A stretch of DNA of 64,000 nucleotides from Eledone cirrhosa (Eukaryota). Positions 27,940 through 41,827 of this stretch are shown here, piece by piece. Every line of letters starts with the position of its first letter. Position 1 is the first letter of the stretch. Where the stretch lies: positions 7,626,001 to 7,690,000 of the forward strand of contig OZ024756.1 of assembly GCA_964016885.1 (NCBI GenBank), in the 5' to 3' direction. Made by a program: the position numbers and the translations under genes. The notes beneath the pieces are model-generated. The model searched no databases. It had not been told where the DNA came from and worked only from the letters and a program-made list of their open reading frames with translations.

Positions 27940-28170
27940 TAGACCCCTTTCGGTCTCAAATTACCAAGGGATTTGTACCTAGAAAGTTCCCCTCCGAGAT
28001 ACAAGTCCAGGCAAGGTCGTTTGTGGAAGACCAGCAAAGCCCATGTATACCAGTCTCCCCTCTCCACGACACTGATGTTGTCAAAGGGAAAGGTAATGGC
28101 CGGTACAGCTAGGCACCAGTGACATCACAACTCATTTCTACAGCTGAGTAAACTGGAGCAACGTGAAATA
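27940..28170 (-). mobile_element. SINE group B 3' region, continuous with the 45-bp array
   Basis: Reverse complement aligns by eye with 40890-41095 (CTAGAAAGTT, ACAAGTCCAG, GGCAC(C/T)AGTGAC, CAACTC). Confidence 0.75.
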
Positions 28171-31100
28171 AAGAGTCTTGCTCAAGGACACAGTAAACTA
28201 AAGCAACGGGAAATAAAGTGTCTTGCTCAAGGACACAATAAACTGGAGCAACGTGAAATAAAGTGTCTTGCTCAAGGATACAGTAGACTGGAGCAACGTG
28301 AAATAAAGTGTCTTGCTCAAGGACACAGTGGACTGGAGCAACGTGAAATAAAGTGTCTTGCTCAAGGACACAGTGGACTGGAGCAACGGGAAATATAGTG
28401 TCTTGCTCAAGGGCACAGTAAACTGGAGCAACGTGAAATAAAGTGTCTTGCTCAAGGACACAGTGGACTGGAGCAACGGGAAATAAAGTGTCTTGCTCAA
28501 GGACACAGTAGACTGGAACAACGTGAAATAAAGTGTCTTGCTGAAGGACACAGTGGACTGGAGCAACGGGAAATAAAGTGTCTTGCTCAAGGACACAGTG
28601 GATTGGAGCAACGTGAAATAAAGAGTCTTGCTCAAGGACACAGTGGATTGGAGCAAGGTGAAATAAAGTGTCTTGCTCAAGGACACAGTAGACTGGAGCA
28701 ACGTGAAATAAAGTGTCTTGTTCAAGGACACAGTGGACTGGAGCAACGGGAAATAAAGTGTCTTGTTCAAGGACACAGTGGACTGGAACAACGTGAAATA
28801 AAGTGTCTTGCTGAAGGACACAGTGGACTGGAGCAACGGGAAATAAAGTGTCTTGCTCAAGGACACAGTGGATTGGAGCAACGTGAAATAAAGTGTCTTG
28901 CTCAAGGACACAGTAGACTGGAACAACGTGAAATAAAGTGTCTTGCTAAAGGACACAGTGGACTGGAGCAACGTGAAATAAAGTGTCTTGCTCAAGGACA
29001 CAGTGGACTGGAACAACGTGAAATAAAGAGTCTTGCTCAAGGACACAGTGGATTGGAGCAAGGTGAAATAAAGTGTCTTGCTCAAGGACACAGTAGACTG
29101 GAGCAACGTGAAATAAAGTGTCTTGTTCAAGGACACAGTGGACTGGAGCAACGGGAAATAAAGTGTCTTGTTCAAGGGCACAGTGGACTGGAGCAACGGG
29201 AAATAAAGAGTCTTGCTCAAGGACACAGTGGACTGGAACAACGTGAAATAAAGAGTCTTGCTCAAGGACACAGTGGACTGGAGCAACGGGAAATAAAGAG
29301 TCTTGCTCAAGGACACAGTGGATTGGAGCAAGGTGAAATAAAGTGTCTTGCTCAAGGACACAGTAGACTGGAGCAACGTGAAATAAAGTGTCTTGTTCAA
29401 GGACACAGTGGACTGGAGCAACGGGAAATAAAGTGTCTTGTTCAAGGACACAGTGGACTGGAACAACGTGAAATAAAGTGTCTTGCTGAAGGACACAGTG
29501 GACTGGAGCAACGGGAAATAAAGTGTCTTGCTCAAGGACACAGTGGATTGGAGCAACGTGAAATAAAGTGTCTTGCTCAAGGACACAGGAGACTGGAACA
29601 ACGTGAAATAAAGTGTCTTGCTAAAGGACACAGTGGACTGGAGCAACGTGAAATAAAGTGTCTTGCTCAAGGACACAGTGGACTGGAACAACGTGAAATA
29701 AAGAGTCTTGCTCAAGGACACAGTGGATTGGAGCAAGGTGAAATAAAGTGTCTTGCTCAAGGACACAGTAGACTGGAGCAACGTGAAATAAAGTGTCTTG
29801 TTCAAGGACACAGTGGACTGGAGCAACGGGAAATAAAGTGTCTTGTTCAAGGGCACAGTGGACTGGAGCAACGGGAAATAAAGAGTCTTGCTCAAGGACA
29901 CAGTGGACTGGAACAACGTGAAATAAAGAGTCTTGCTCAAGGACACAGTGGACTGGAGCAACGGGAAATAAAGAGTCTTGCTCAAGGACACAGTGGATTG
30001 GAGCAAGGTGAAATAAAGTGTCTTGCTCAAGGACACAGTAGACTGGAGCAACGTGAAATAAAGTGTCTTGTTCAAGGACACAGTGGACTGGAGCAACGGG
30101 AAATAAAGTGTCTTGTTCAAGGACACAGTGGACTGGAACAACGTGAAATAAAGTGTCTTGCTGAAGGACACAGTGGACTGGAGCAACGGGAAATAAAGTG
30201 TCTTGCTCAAGGACACAGTGGATTGGAGCAACGTGAAATAAAGTGTCTTGCTCAAGGACACAGTAGACTGGAACAACGTGAAATAAAGTGTCTTGCTAAA
30301 GGACACAGTGGACTGGAGCAACGTGAAATAAAGTGTCTTGCTCAAGGACACAGTGGACTGGAACAACGTGAAATAAAGAGTCTTGCTCAAGGACACAGTG
30401 GATTGGAGCAAGGTGAAATAAAGTGTCTTGCTCAAGGACACAGTAGACTGGAGCAACGTGAAATAAAGTGTCTTGTTCAAGGACACAGTGGACTGGAGCA
30501 ACGGGAAATAAAGTGTCTTGTTCAAGGGCACAGTGGACTGGAGCAACGGGAAATAAAGAGTCTTGCTCAAGGACACAGTGGACTGGAACAACGTGAAATA
30601 AAGAGTCTTGCTCAAGGACACAGTGGACTGGAGCAACGGGAAATAAAGAGTCTTGCTCAAGGACACAGTGGATTGGAGCAACGTGAAATAAAGTGTCTTG
30701 CACAAGGACACAGTAGACTGGATCAACGTGAAATAAAGAGTCTTGCTCAAGGACACAGTGGACTGGAGCAACGTGAAATAAAGTGTCTTGCACAAGGACA
30801 CAGTAGACTGGATCAACGTGAAATAAAGAGTCTTGCTCAAGGACACAGTGGACTGGAACAACGTGAAATAAAGAGTCTTGCACAAGGACACAGTGGACTG
30901 GAACAACGTGAAATAAAGTGTCTTGCTCAAGGACACAGTGGACTTGAGCAAGGTGAAATAAAGTGTCTTGCTCAAGGACACAGTGGACTGGAGCAACGTG
31001 AAATAAAGTGTCTTGCTCAAGGACACAGTGGACTGGAGCAACGGGAAATAAAGTGTCTTGCTCAAGGACACAGTAGACTGGAACAACGTGAAATAAAGTG

Positions 31101-34100
31101 TCTTGCTGAAGGACACAGTGGATTGGAGCAAGGTGAAATAAAGTGTCTTGCTCAAGGACACAGTAGACTGGAGCAACGGGAAATAAAGTGTCTTGTTCAA
31201 GGACACAGTGGACTGGAGCAACGGGAAATAAAGTGTCTTGTTCAAGGACACAGTGGACTGGAGCAACGGGAAATAAAGAGTCTTGCTCAAGGACACAGTG
31301 GACTGGAACAACGTGAAATAAAGAGTCTTGCTCAAGGACACAGTGGACTGGAGCAACGGAAAATAAAGAGTCTTGCTCAAGGACACAGTGGACTGGAGCA
31401 ACGGGAAATAAAGTGTCTTGTTCAAGGACACAGTGGACTGGAGCAACGGGAAATAAAGAGTCTTGCTCAAGGACACAGTGGACTGGAACAACGTGAAATA
31501 AAGAGTCTTGCTCAAGGACACAGTGGACTGGAGCAACGTGAAATAAAGTGTCTTGCACAAGGACACAGTGGACTGGAGCAACGTGAAATAAAGAGTCTTG
31601 CTCAAGGACACAGTGGACTGGAGCAACGTGAAATAAAGTGTCTTGCACAAGGACACAGTGGACTGGAACAACGTGAAATAAAGAGTCTAGCTCAAGGACA
31701 CAGTGGACTGGAACAACGTGAAATAAAGAGTCTTGCTCAAGGACACAGTGGACTGGAACAACGTGAAATAAAGTGTGTTGCACAAGGACACAGTGGACTG
31801 GAGCAACGTGAAATAAAGTCTTGCTCAAGGACACAGTGGACTGGAGCAACGTGAAATAAAGTGTCTTGCACAAGGACACAGTGGACTGGAACAACGTGAA
31901 ATAAAGAGTCTTGCTCAAGGACACAGTGGACTGGAACAACGTGAAATAAAGTGTCTTGCTCAAGGACACAGTGGACTGGAACAACGTGAAATAAAGTATC
32001 TTGCACAAGGACACAGTGGACTGGAGCAACGTGAAATAAAGAGTCTTGCACAAGGACACAGTGGACTGGAGCAACGTGAAATAAAGAGTCTTGCTCAAGG
32101 ACACAGTGGACTGGAGCAACGGGAAATAAAGAGTCTTGCTCAAGGACACAGTGGACTGGAGCAACGTGAAATAAAGTGTCTTGCTCAAGGACACAGTAGA
32201 CTGGAGCAACGTGAAATAAAGTGTCTTGTTCAAGGACACAGTGGACTGGAGCAACGGGAAATAAAGTGTCTTGTTCAAGGGCACAGTGGACTGGAGCAAC
32301 GGGAAATAAAGAGTCTTGCTCAAGGACACAGTGGACTGGAACAACGTGAAATAAAGAGTCTTGCTCAAGGACACAGTGGACTGGAGCAACGGGAAATAAA
32401 GAGTCTTGCTCAAGGACACAGTGGATTGGAGCAAGGTGAAATAAAGTGTCTTGCTCAAGGACACAGTAGACTGGAGCAACGTGAAATAAAGTGTCTTGTT
32501 CAAGGACACAGTGGACTGGAGCAACGGGAAATAAAGTGTCTTGTTCAAGGACACAGTGGACTGGAACAACGTGAAATAAAGTGTCTTGCTGAAGGACACA
32601 GTGGACTGGAGCAACGGGAAATAAAGTGTCTTGCTCAAGGACACAGTGGATTGGAGCAACGTGAAATAAAGTGTCTTGCTCAAGGACACAGTAGACTGGA
32701 ACAACGTGAAATAAAGTGTCTTGCTAAAGGACACAGTGGACTGGAGCAACGTGAAATAAAGTGTCTTGCTCAAGGACACAGTGGACTGGAACAACGTGAA
32801 ATAAAGAGTCTTGCTCAAGGACACAGTGGATTGGAGCAAGGTGAAATAAAGTGTCTTGCTCAAGGACACAGTAGACTGGAGCAACGTGAAATAAAGTGTC
32901 TTGTTCAAGGACACAGTGGACTGGAGCAACGGGAAATAAAGTGTCTTGTTCAAGGGCACAGTGGACTGGAGCAACGGGAAATAAAGAGTCTTGCTCAAGG
33001 ACACAGTGGACTGGAACAACGTGAAATAAAGAGTCTTGCACAAGGACACAGTGGACTGGAACAACGTGAAATAAAGTGTCTTGCTCAAGGACACAGTGGA
33101 CTTGAGCAAGGTGAAATAAAGTGTCTTGCTCAAGGACACAGTGGACTGGAGCAACGTGAAATAAAGAGTCTTGCTCAAGGACACAGTGGACTGGAGCAAC
33201 GTGAAATAAAGTGTCTTGCTCAAGGACACAGTGGACTGGAGCAACGGGAAATAAAGTGTCTTGCTCAAGGACACAGTAGACTGGAACAACGTGAAATAAA
33301 GTGTCTTGCTGAAGGACACAGTGGACTGGAGCAACGTGAAATAAAGTGTCTGGCTCAAGGACACAGTGGACTGGAACAACGTGAAATAAAGAGTCTTGCA
33401 CAAGGACACAGTGGACTGGAACAACGTGAAATAAAGTGTCTTGCTCAAGGACACAGTGGACTTGAGCAACGTGAAATAAAGTGTCTTGCACAAGGACACA
33501 GTGGACTGGAGCAACGTGAAATAAAGAGTCTTGCTCAAGGACACAGTGGACTGGAGCAACGTGAAATAAAGTGTCTTGCTCAAGGACACAGTGGACTGGA
33601 GCAACGGGAAATAAAGTGTCTTGCTCAAGGACACAGTAGACTGGAACAACGTGAAATAAAGTGTCTTGCTGAAGGACACAGTGGATTGGAGCAAGGTGAA
33701 ATAAAGTGTCTTGCTCAAGGACACAGTAGACTGGAGCAACGGGAAATAAAGTGTCTTGTTCAAGGACACAGTGGACTGGAGCAACGGGAAATAAAGTGTC
33801 TTGTTCAAGGACACAGTGGACTGGAGCAACGGGAAATAAAGAGTCTTGCTCAAGGACACAGTGGACTGGAACAACGTGAAATAAAGAGTCTTGCTCAAGG
33901 ACACAGTGGACTGGAGCAACGGAAAATAAAGAGTCTTGCTCAAGGACACAGTGGACTGGAGCAACGGGAAATAAAGTGTCTTGTTCAAGGACACAGTGGA
34001 CTGGAGCAACGGGAAATAAAGAGTCTTGCTCAAGGACACAGTGGACTGGAACAACGTGAAATAAAGAGTCTTGCTCAAGGACACAGTGGACTGGAGCAAC

Positions 34101-37100
34101 GTGAAATAAAGTGTCTTGCACAAGGACACAGTGGACTGGAGCAACGTGAAATAAAGAGTCTTGCTCAAGGACACAGTGGACTGGAGCAACGTGAAATAAA
34201 GTGTCTTGCACAAGGACACAGTGGACTGGAACAACGTGAAATAAAGAGTCTAGCTCAAGGACACAGTGGACTGGAACAACGTGAAATAAAGAGTCTTGCT
34301 CAAGGACACAGTGGACTGGAACAACGTGAAATAAAGTGTGTTGCACAAGGACACAGTGGACTGGAGCAACGTGAAATAAAGAGTCTTGCTCAAGGACACA
34401 GTGGACTGGAGCAACGTGAAATAAAGTGTCTTGCACAAGGACACAGTGGACTGGAACAACGTGAAATAAAGAGTCTAGCTCAAGGACACAGTGGACTGGA
34501 GCAACGTGAAATAAAGAGTCTTGCTCAAGGACACAGTGGACTGGAACAACGTGAAATAAAGAGTCTTGCTCAAGGACACAGTGGACTGGAGCAACGTGAA
34601 ATAAAGTGTCTTGCACAAGGACACAGTGGACTGGAACAACGTGAAATAAAGAGTCTTGCTCAAGGACACAGTGGACTGGAGCAACGTGAAATAAAGTGTC
34701 TTGCACAAGGACACAGTGGACTGGAGCAACGGGAAATAAAGTGTCTTGCTCAAGGACACAGTAGACTGGAACAACGTGAAATAAAGTGTCTTGCTGAAGG
34801 ACACAGTGGATTGGAGCAAGGTGAAATAAAGTGTCTTGCTCAAGGACACAGTAGACTGGAGCAACGGGAAATAAAGTGTCTTGTTCAAGGACACAGTGGA
34901 CTGGAGCAACGGGAAATAAAGTGTCTTGTTCAAGGACACAGTGGACTGGAGCAACGGGAAATAAAGAGTCTTGCTCAAGGACACAGTGGACTGGAACAAC
35001 GTGAAATAAAGAGTCTTGCTCAAGGACACAGTGGACTGGAGCAACGGAAAATAAAGAGTCTTGCTCAAGGACACAGTGGACTGGAGCAACGGGAAATAAA
35101 GTGTCTTGTTCAAGGACACAGTGGACTGGAGCAACGGGAAATAAAGAGTCTTGCTCAAGGACACAGTGGACTGGAACAACGTGAAATAAAGAGTCTTGCT
35201 CAAGGACACAGTGGACTGGAGCAACGTGAAATAAAGTGTCTTGCACAAGGACACAGTGGACTGGAGCAACGTGAAATAAAGAGTCTTGCTCAAGGACACA
35301 GTGGACTGGAGCAACGTGAAATAAAGTGTCTTGCACAAGGACACAGTGGACTGGAACAACGTGAAATAAAGAGTCTAGCTCAAGGACACAGTGGACTGGA
35401 ACAACGTGAAATAAAGAGTCTTGCTCAAGGACACAGTGGACTGGAACAACGTGAAATAAAGTGTGTTGCACAAGGACACAGTGGACTGGAGCAACGTGAA
35501 ATAAAGAGTCTTGCTCAAGGACACAGTGGACTGGAGCAACGTGAAATAAAGTGTCTTGCACAAGGACACAGTGGACTGGAACAACGTGAAATAAAGAGTC
35601 TAGCTCAAGGACACAGTGGACTGGAGCAACGTGAAATAAAGAGTCTTGCTCAAGGACACAGTGGACTGGAACAACGTGAAATAAAGAGTCTTGCTCAAGG
35701 ACACAGTGGACTGGAGCAACGTGAAATAAAGTGTCTTGCACAAGGACACAGTGGACTGGAACAACGTGAAATAAAGAGTCTTGCTCAAGGACACAGTGGA
35801 CTGGAGCAACGTGAAATAAAGTGTCTTGCACAAGGACACAGTGGACTGGAACAACGTGAAATAAAGAGTCTAGCTCAAGGACACAGTGGACTGGAACAAC
35901 GTGAAATAAAGAGTCTTGCTCAAGGACACAGTGGACTGGAACAACGTGAAATAAAGTGTGTTGCACAAGGACACAGTGGACTGGAGCAACGTGAAATAAA
36001 GAGTCTTGCTCAAGGACACAGTGGACTGGAGCAACGTGAAATAAAGTGTCTTGCACAAGGACACAGTGGACTGGAACAACGTGAAATAAAGAGTCTTGCT
36101 CAAGGACACAGTGGACTGGAACAACGTGAAATAAAGTGTCTTGCTCAAGGACACAGTGGACTGGAACAACGTGAAATAAAGTATCTTGCACAAGGACACA
36201 GTGGACTGGAGCAACGTGAAATAAAGAGTCTTGCACAAGGACACAGTGGACTGGAGCAACGTGAAATAAAGAGTCTTGCTCAAGGACACAGTGGACTGGA
36301 GCAACGGGAAATAAAGAGTCTTGCTCAAGGACACAGTGGACTGGAGCAACGTGAAATAAAGAGTCTTGCACAAGGACACAGTGGACTGGAGCAACGTGAA
36401 ATAAAGAGTCTTGCACAAGGACACAGTGGACTGGAGCAACGTGAAATAAAGAGTCTTGCTCAAGGACACAGTGGACTTGAGCAAGGTGAAATAAAGTGTC
36501 TTGCTCAAGGACACAGTGGACTGGAACAACGTGAAATAAAGTGTCTTGCTCAAGGACACAGTGGACTGGAACAACGTGAAATAAAGAGTCTTGCTCAAGG
36601 ACACAGTGGACTGGAGCAACGTGAAATAAAGTGTTTTTCACAAGGACACATTAGACTGGAGCAACGTGAAATAAAGAGTCTTGCTCAAGGACACAGTGGA
36701 CTGGAGCAACGTGAAATAAAGTGTCTTGCTCAAGGACACAGTGGACTGGAGCAACGTGAAATAAAGTGTCTTGCTCAAGGACACAGTGGACTGGAACAAC
36801 GTGAAATAAAGTGTCTTACTCAAGGACACAGTGGACTGGAGCAACGTGAAATAAAGAGTCTTGCTCAAGGACACAGTGGACTGGAGCAACGGGAAATAAA
36901 GAGTCTTGCTCAAGGACACAGTGGACTGGAACAACGTGAAATAAAGAGTCTTGCTCAAGGACACAGTGGACTGGAGCAACGGGAAATAAAGAGTCTTGCT
37001 CAAGGACACAGTGGACTGGAGCAACGGGAAATAAAGAGTCTTGCTCAAGGACACAGTGGACTGGAACAACGTGAAATAAAGAGTCTTGCTCAAGGACACA

Positions 37101-38717
37101 GTGGACTGGAGCAACGGGAAATAAAGAGTCTTGCTCAAGGACACAGTGGACTGGAGCAACGTGAAATAAAGAGTCTTGCACAAGGACACAGTAGACTGGA
37201 GCAACGGGAAATAAAGAGTCTTGCTCAAGGACACAGTGGACTGGAACAACGTGAAATAAAGTGTCTTGCTCAAGGACACAGTGGACTGGAACAACGTGAA
37301 ATAAAGAGTCTTGTTCAAGGACACAGTGGACTGGAGCAACGGGAAATAAAGAGTCTTGCTCTAGGACACAGTGGACTGGAGCAACGTGAAATAAAGAGTC
37401 TTGCACAAGGACACAGTAGACTGGAGCAACGGGAAATAAAGAGTCTTGCTCAAGGACACAGTGGACTGGAACAACGTGAAATAAAGAGTCTTGCTCAAGG
37501 ACACAGTGACTGGAACAACGTGAAATAAAGAGTCTTGCTCAAGGACACAGTGGACTGGAACAACGTGAAATAAAGTGTCTTGCACAAGGACACAGTGGAC
37601 TGGAACAACGTGAAATAAAGTGTCTTGCTCAAGGACACAGTGACTGGAACAACGTGAAATAAAGAGTCTTGCTCAAGGACACAGTGGACTGGAACAACGT
37701 GAAATAAAGTGTCTTGCACAAGGACACAGTGGACTGGAACAACGTGAAATAAAGAGTCTTGCTCAAGGACACAGTGACTTGAACAACGTGAAATAAAGAG
37801 TCTTGCTCAAGGACACAGTGGACTGGAACAACGTGAAATAAAGTGTCTTGCACAAGGACACAGTGGACTGGAACAACGTGAAATAAAGACTCTTGCTCAA
37901 GGACACAGTGGACTGGAGCAACGTGAAATAAAGTGTCTTGCACAAGGACACAGTGGACTGGAACAACGTGAAATAAAGAGTCTTGCTCAAGGACACAGTG
38001 GACTGGAACAACGTGAAATAAAGAGTCTTGCTCAAGGACACAGTGGACTGGAACAACGTGAAATAAAGTATCTTGCACAAGGACACAGTGGACTGGAGCA
38101 ACGTGAAATAAAGAGTCTTGCACAAGGACACAGTGGACTGGAGCAACGTGAAATAAAGAGTCTTGCTCAAGGACACAGTGGACTGGAGCAACGTGAAATA
38201 AAGTGTCTTGCACAAGGACACAGTGGACTGGAACAACGTGAAATAAAGAGTCTTGCTCAAGGACACACTGGACTGGAACAACGTGAAATAAAGAGTCTTG
38301 CTCAAGGACACAGTGGACTGGAACAACGTGAAATAAAGTATCTTGCACAAGGACACAGTGGACTGGAGCAACGTGAAATAAAGAGTCTTGCACAAGGACA
38401 CAGTGGACTGGAGCAACGTGAAATAAAGTGTCTTGCTCAAGGACACAGTGGACTGGAGCAACGGGAAATAAAGAGTTTTGCTCAAGGACACAGTGGACTG
38501 GAGCAACGTGAAATAAAGAGTCTTGCTCAAGGACACAGTGGACTGGAGCAACGTGAAATAAAGAGTCTTGCACAAGGACACAGTGGACTGGAGCAACGTG
38601 AAATAAAGTGTCTTGCTCAAGGACACAGTGGACTGGAACAACGTGAAATAAAGAGTCTTGCACAAGGACACAGTGGACTGGAGCAAGGTGAAATAAAGTG
38701 TCTTGCTCAAGGACACA
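28149..38717. repeat. 45-bp satellite, ~235 copies
   Basis: Unit GGACACAGTGGACTGGAGCAACGTGAAATAAAGTGTCTTGCTCAA with point variants and rare 1-2 bp deletions (~31817, ~37508, ~37642, ~37776). Confidence 0.98.
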
Positions 38718-38794
38718 ATGCCAAGCTAGTGGTGCAGTACTATATAATAGATTACTGTGAAATATAAATAGTTTAACAGTTGTTAGTACTATCA

Positions 38795-38890
38795 TCTTAT
38801 ATAACGCCCACCTTCAGAACCTCGTTGTAGAACAACAGAAGTTCTCAAAGTGGGCGTTACCGGCCCCAAGGGGGCATTGAGATGGTCTAG
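38795..38890 (+). mobile_element. Possible tiny non-autonomous Helitron-like element
   Basis: A|TC...CTAG|T ends, subterminal inverted repeat TAACGCCCAC/GTGGGCGTTA, and a GC hairpin GCCCCAAGGGGGC shortly before CTAG. Confidence 0.35.
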
Positions 38891-38995
38891 TGTAGTGCTG
38901 AAGTCTAGGGGGGGGGGGGGCAGTAAGGGCAGTAGAGATGATATAATAGTATATTAAATATCAAATGATATATATTATATATAAATATAGTAAAA

Positions 38996-39180
38996 TAATT
39001 GTTTCTACTTTAGGCACAAGGCCAGCAATTACCCAGTGCATTACTGGTACTTTATTTTATCGACACCGTAAGGATGAAAGGTAAAGTCAACCTCGGCGGG
39101 ATTTGAACTCAGATCGTAAAGGGACGTAATTATGCTGGAAAGCACGGCGTCCGACCCTCTACCGATACTGCCAATCCACC
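38996..39180 (-). mobile_element. SINE group A, full length
   Basis: Near-identical reverse complement of 9440-9630. Confidence 0.92.
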
Positions 39181-39738
39181 CTACCGATACTGCCAATCCA
39201 CCCTACCGATACTGCCAATCCACCCCTACCGATACTGCCAATCCACCCTACCGATACTGCCAATCCACCCTACCGATACTGCCAATCCACCCCTACCGAT
39301 ACTGCCAATCCACCCCTACCGATACTGCCAATCCACCCTACCGATACTGCCAATCCACCCTACCGATACTGCCAATCCACCCCTACCGATACTGCCAATC
39401 CACCCTACCGATACTGCCAATCCACCCCTACCGATACTGCCAATCCAGCCTACCGATACTGCCAATCCACCCTACCGATACTGCCAATCCACCCTACCGA
39501 TACTGCCAATCCACCCTACCGATACTGCCAATCCACCCTACCGATACTGCCAATCCACCCCTACCGATACTGCCAATCCACCCTACCGATACTGCCAATC
39601 CACCCTACCGATACTGCCAATCCACCCTACCGATACTGCCAATCCACCCCTACCGATACTGCCAATCCACCCTACCGATACTGCCAATCCACCCTACCGA
39701 TACTGCCAATCCACCCTACCGATACTGCCAATCCACCC
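39159..39738. repeat. 22-23-bp minisatellite (~26 copies) made of the SINE A 5' end
   Basis: Unit CTACCGATACTGCCAATCCACC(C) is the reverse complement of the first 22 nt of SINE A. Confidence 0.95.
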
Positions 39739-39854
39739 AGGTTGTGGCCGCCAGTATTGGCCGAGGCTATCTCTAACTTAATAGCACCACCAATATAGTA
39801 TATATTATATTATATATCAATTAAAGATTATATTTAATATATGTTATTCATGTG

Positions 39855-40041
39855 TAGTAGATTGGCAGTTTCGGTAGAGGGTCGGACGCAATGCTTTGCA
39901 GCATAGAGTTAAGCCCCTTTATGGCCTGAGTTCAAATCCCGCCGAGGTTAACTTTGCCTTTCAACCTTACGGGTCGATAAAATAAAGTACCAGTAATGAA
40001 CTGGGATAATTGCTGGCCTTGTGCCAAAAATAGAAACAGTT
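39855..40041 (+). mobile_element. SINE group A
   Basis: Matches the consensus. Confidence 0.88.
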
Positions 40042-40784
40042 ATATATTATTTACAATTTACGTGGAGGCAGGTCTCTCCAGAGATAAGTTTGGGGGTCAC
40101 TTGAGGGTATTATGTTGCCACGAGGGTAGAGGGATGAAGCCCCAAAAGTTTGAGAAACCCCGTCTACAACGTAAACGCTTAAGGAGGCGTTATTTATAAA
40201 TCAAAATCCAAACAGAAAATTAACAAAAATGCCACAGACAGAAATAAACTATGAACTATACCAGAAGTTTACACGTTTAACATTTTAAATCGGAAGATGT
40301 TAAAAAGTGATAATATTCAAACGATGCTTCTCTACCTTTGACAAAACCCGTTAATATCACACCAGTACATTCCTTCACACAATGTCTTGGATGGTTAATG
40401 GATGTAGAAATGATACTGATCTAAACTAAACATAAAATGACTCATAATAAGTCATTTTATGTTTAGTTTAGGAAGAAGGAAAAATGTTAATAAAAACCAT
40501 TAAACTCTAATAGAGTCGTGTCTTTCAAATATTTCACACTTTCACTAACGAATAATCATGTAGAGAACTGGTAAGATTTATGTTTATAATTCACCTTTTT
40601 CATATATTTTCTTTCTATCCACGAAGTAAGAGACAGTTTAGCGATCATTGTAAAATTACAACTTTGGTGTGTGTAACATAAAAACACTTGAAATACAATA
40701 TTAGATGTTCAGGTAATAGATTGTGGTTCGGCTTGTTCACACCTTCATTAAGAAGCTGAAAGCTTTATTGTCATCAAAGTCATT

Positions 40785-41100
40785 ATTAAAGATTTGGTCT
40801 CACAATCGTGAGGTTGTTTAGTTGGATTTCTGGGCTGGGCGGTGTATTGTGTCCTTCAGCAAAACACTTTATTTCACGTTGCTCCAGTTCACTTAACTGG
40901 AGAAAAGGAGTTGCGACGTCACTAGTGCCAAGTTGTATCGGCCTGTCCTTTTCCCTTGGAGGAGATTGGTGGCGTGGAGGTTGGGGGATGGTATGCATGG
41001 GTGACTACTTGTCTTCTACAAAAACACGTTGGCTGGACTTGTCTCGGTAGGAAACTTTCTAGGTGCAAAACTATGGACATTTGTAACCGGAGGGTTTACG
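40785..41100 (+). mobile_element. SINE group B, near full length, diverged
   Basis: TGTGTCCTTCAGCAAAACACTTTATTTCACGTTGCTCCAGTTCACT plus the tail shared with 27940-28150. Confidence 0.75.
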
Positions 41101-41126
41101 ACTACGAAACCTATGTTATATTTAAT

Positions 41127-41309
41127 TGTTTCTACTTTAGGCACAAGGCCTGCAAATACCCAGTGTATTACTGGTACTTTATTTTATCGACCCCGTAAGG
41201 ATGAAAGGCAAAGTCAACCTCAGCAGGATTTGAACTCAGATCGTAAAGCGACGTAACTATGCTGGAAAGCATGGCGTCCGACCCTCTACCGATACTGCCA
41301 ATCCACCGT
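41127..41309 (-). mobile_element. SINE group A with a 17-bp target-site duplication
   Basis: CCTATGTTATATTTAAT at 41110-41126 and 41310-41326. Confidence 0.92.
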
Positions 41310-41596
41310 CCTATGTTATATTTAATGTACAGAGGTTAGTATTTCTTCACTGGAACTATAAACATTTCTACAATTCAGATACTTTTTCTATTTTTTTATC
41401 AAAATATTTCTTCGTTTGAACAAAATATTTGCTGCCAACACAAAAAGAGGAAATCCAGCAAGCCACAGAAGAAGCCTGTACGAGGTCATTCGACCTACTA
41501 GAACAAGCAGCTAGATCTCCTCAAATCACACTTTAAATTCTTCCCAAATAAGTGAAAGGGACATACAGACGTACGGTGACAGGACAGTAACAGCTG

Positions 41597-41660
<64 letters not shown>

Positions 41661-41827
41661 GCCGACATATACGCCCTCCTGTTCGTGCATCCAGCAGAAA
41701 TTTCCTGCCGGCAGCATATATATATATGTGTGTTTGTGTGTAAAAGGTAAACAGAAATAACAACACAATCGGTGCATTATATGGAAGGTATATATTAGGT
41801 TAACGCTTGATATAGCAGGAAGAGGGA

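Noticed and set aside
28198-38795. Very long ORFs (up to 1700 aa) on both strands
   Set aside because: A 45-bp unit lacking stops gives these automatically; the unit is SINE-derived and 1-2 bp deletions shift the frame.
39132-39776. 214-aa repetitive ORF
   Set aside because: Translation of the 22-23-bp SINE-derived minisatellite cycling through frames.
40421-40471. 22-bp-arm AT-rich hairpin
   Set aside because: Single short inverted duplication with no other supporting feature.
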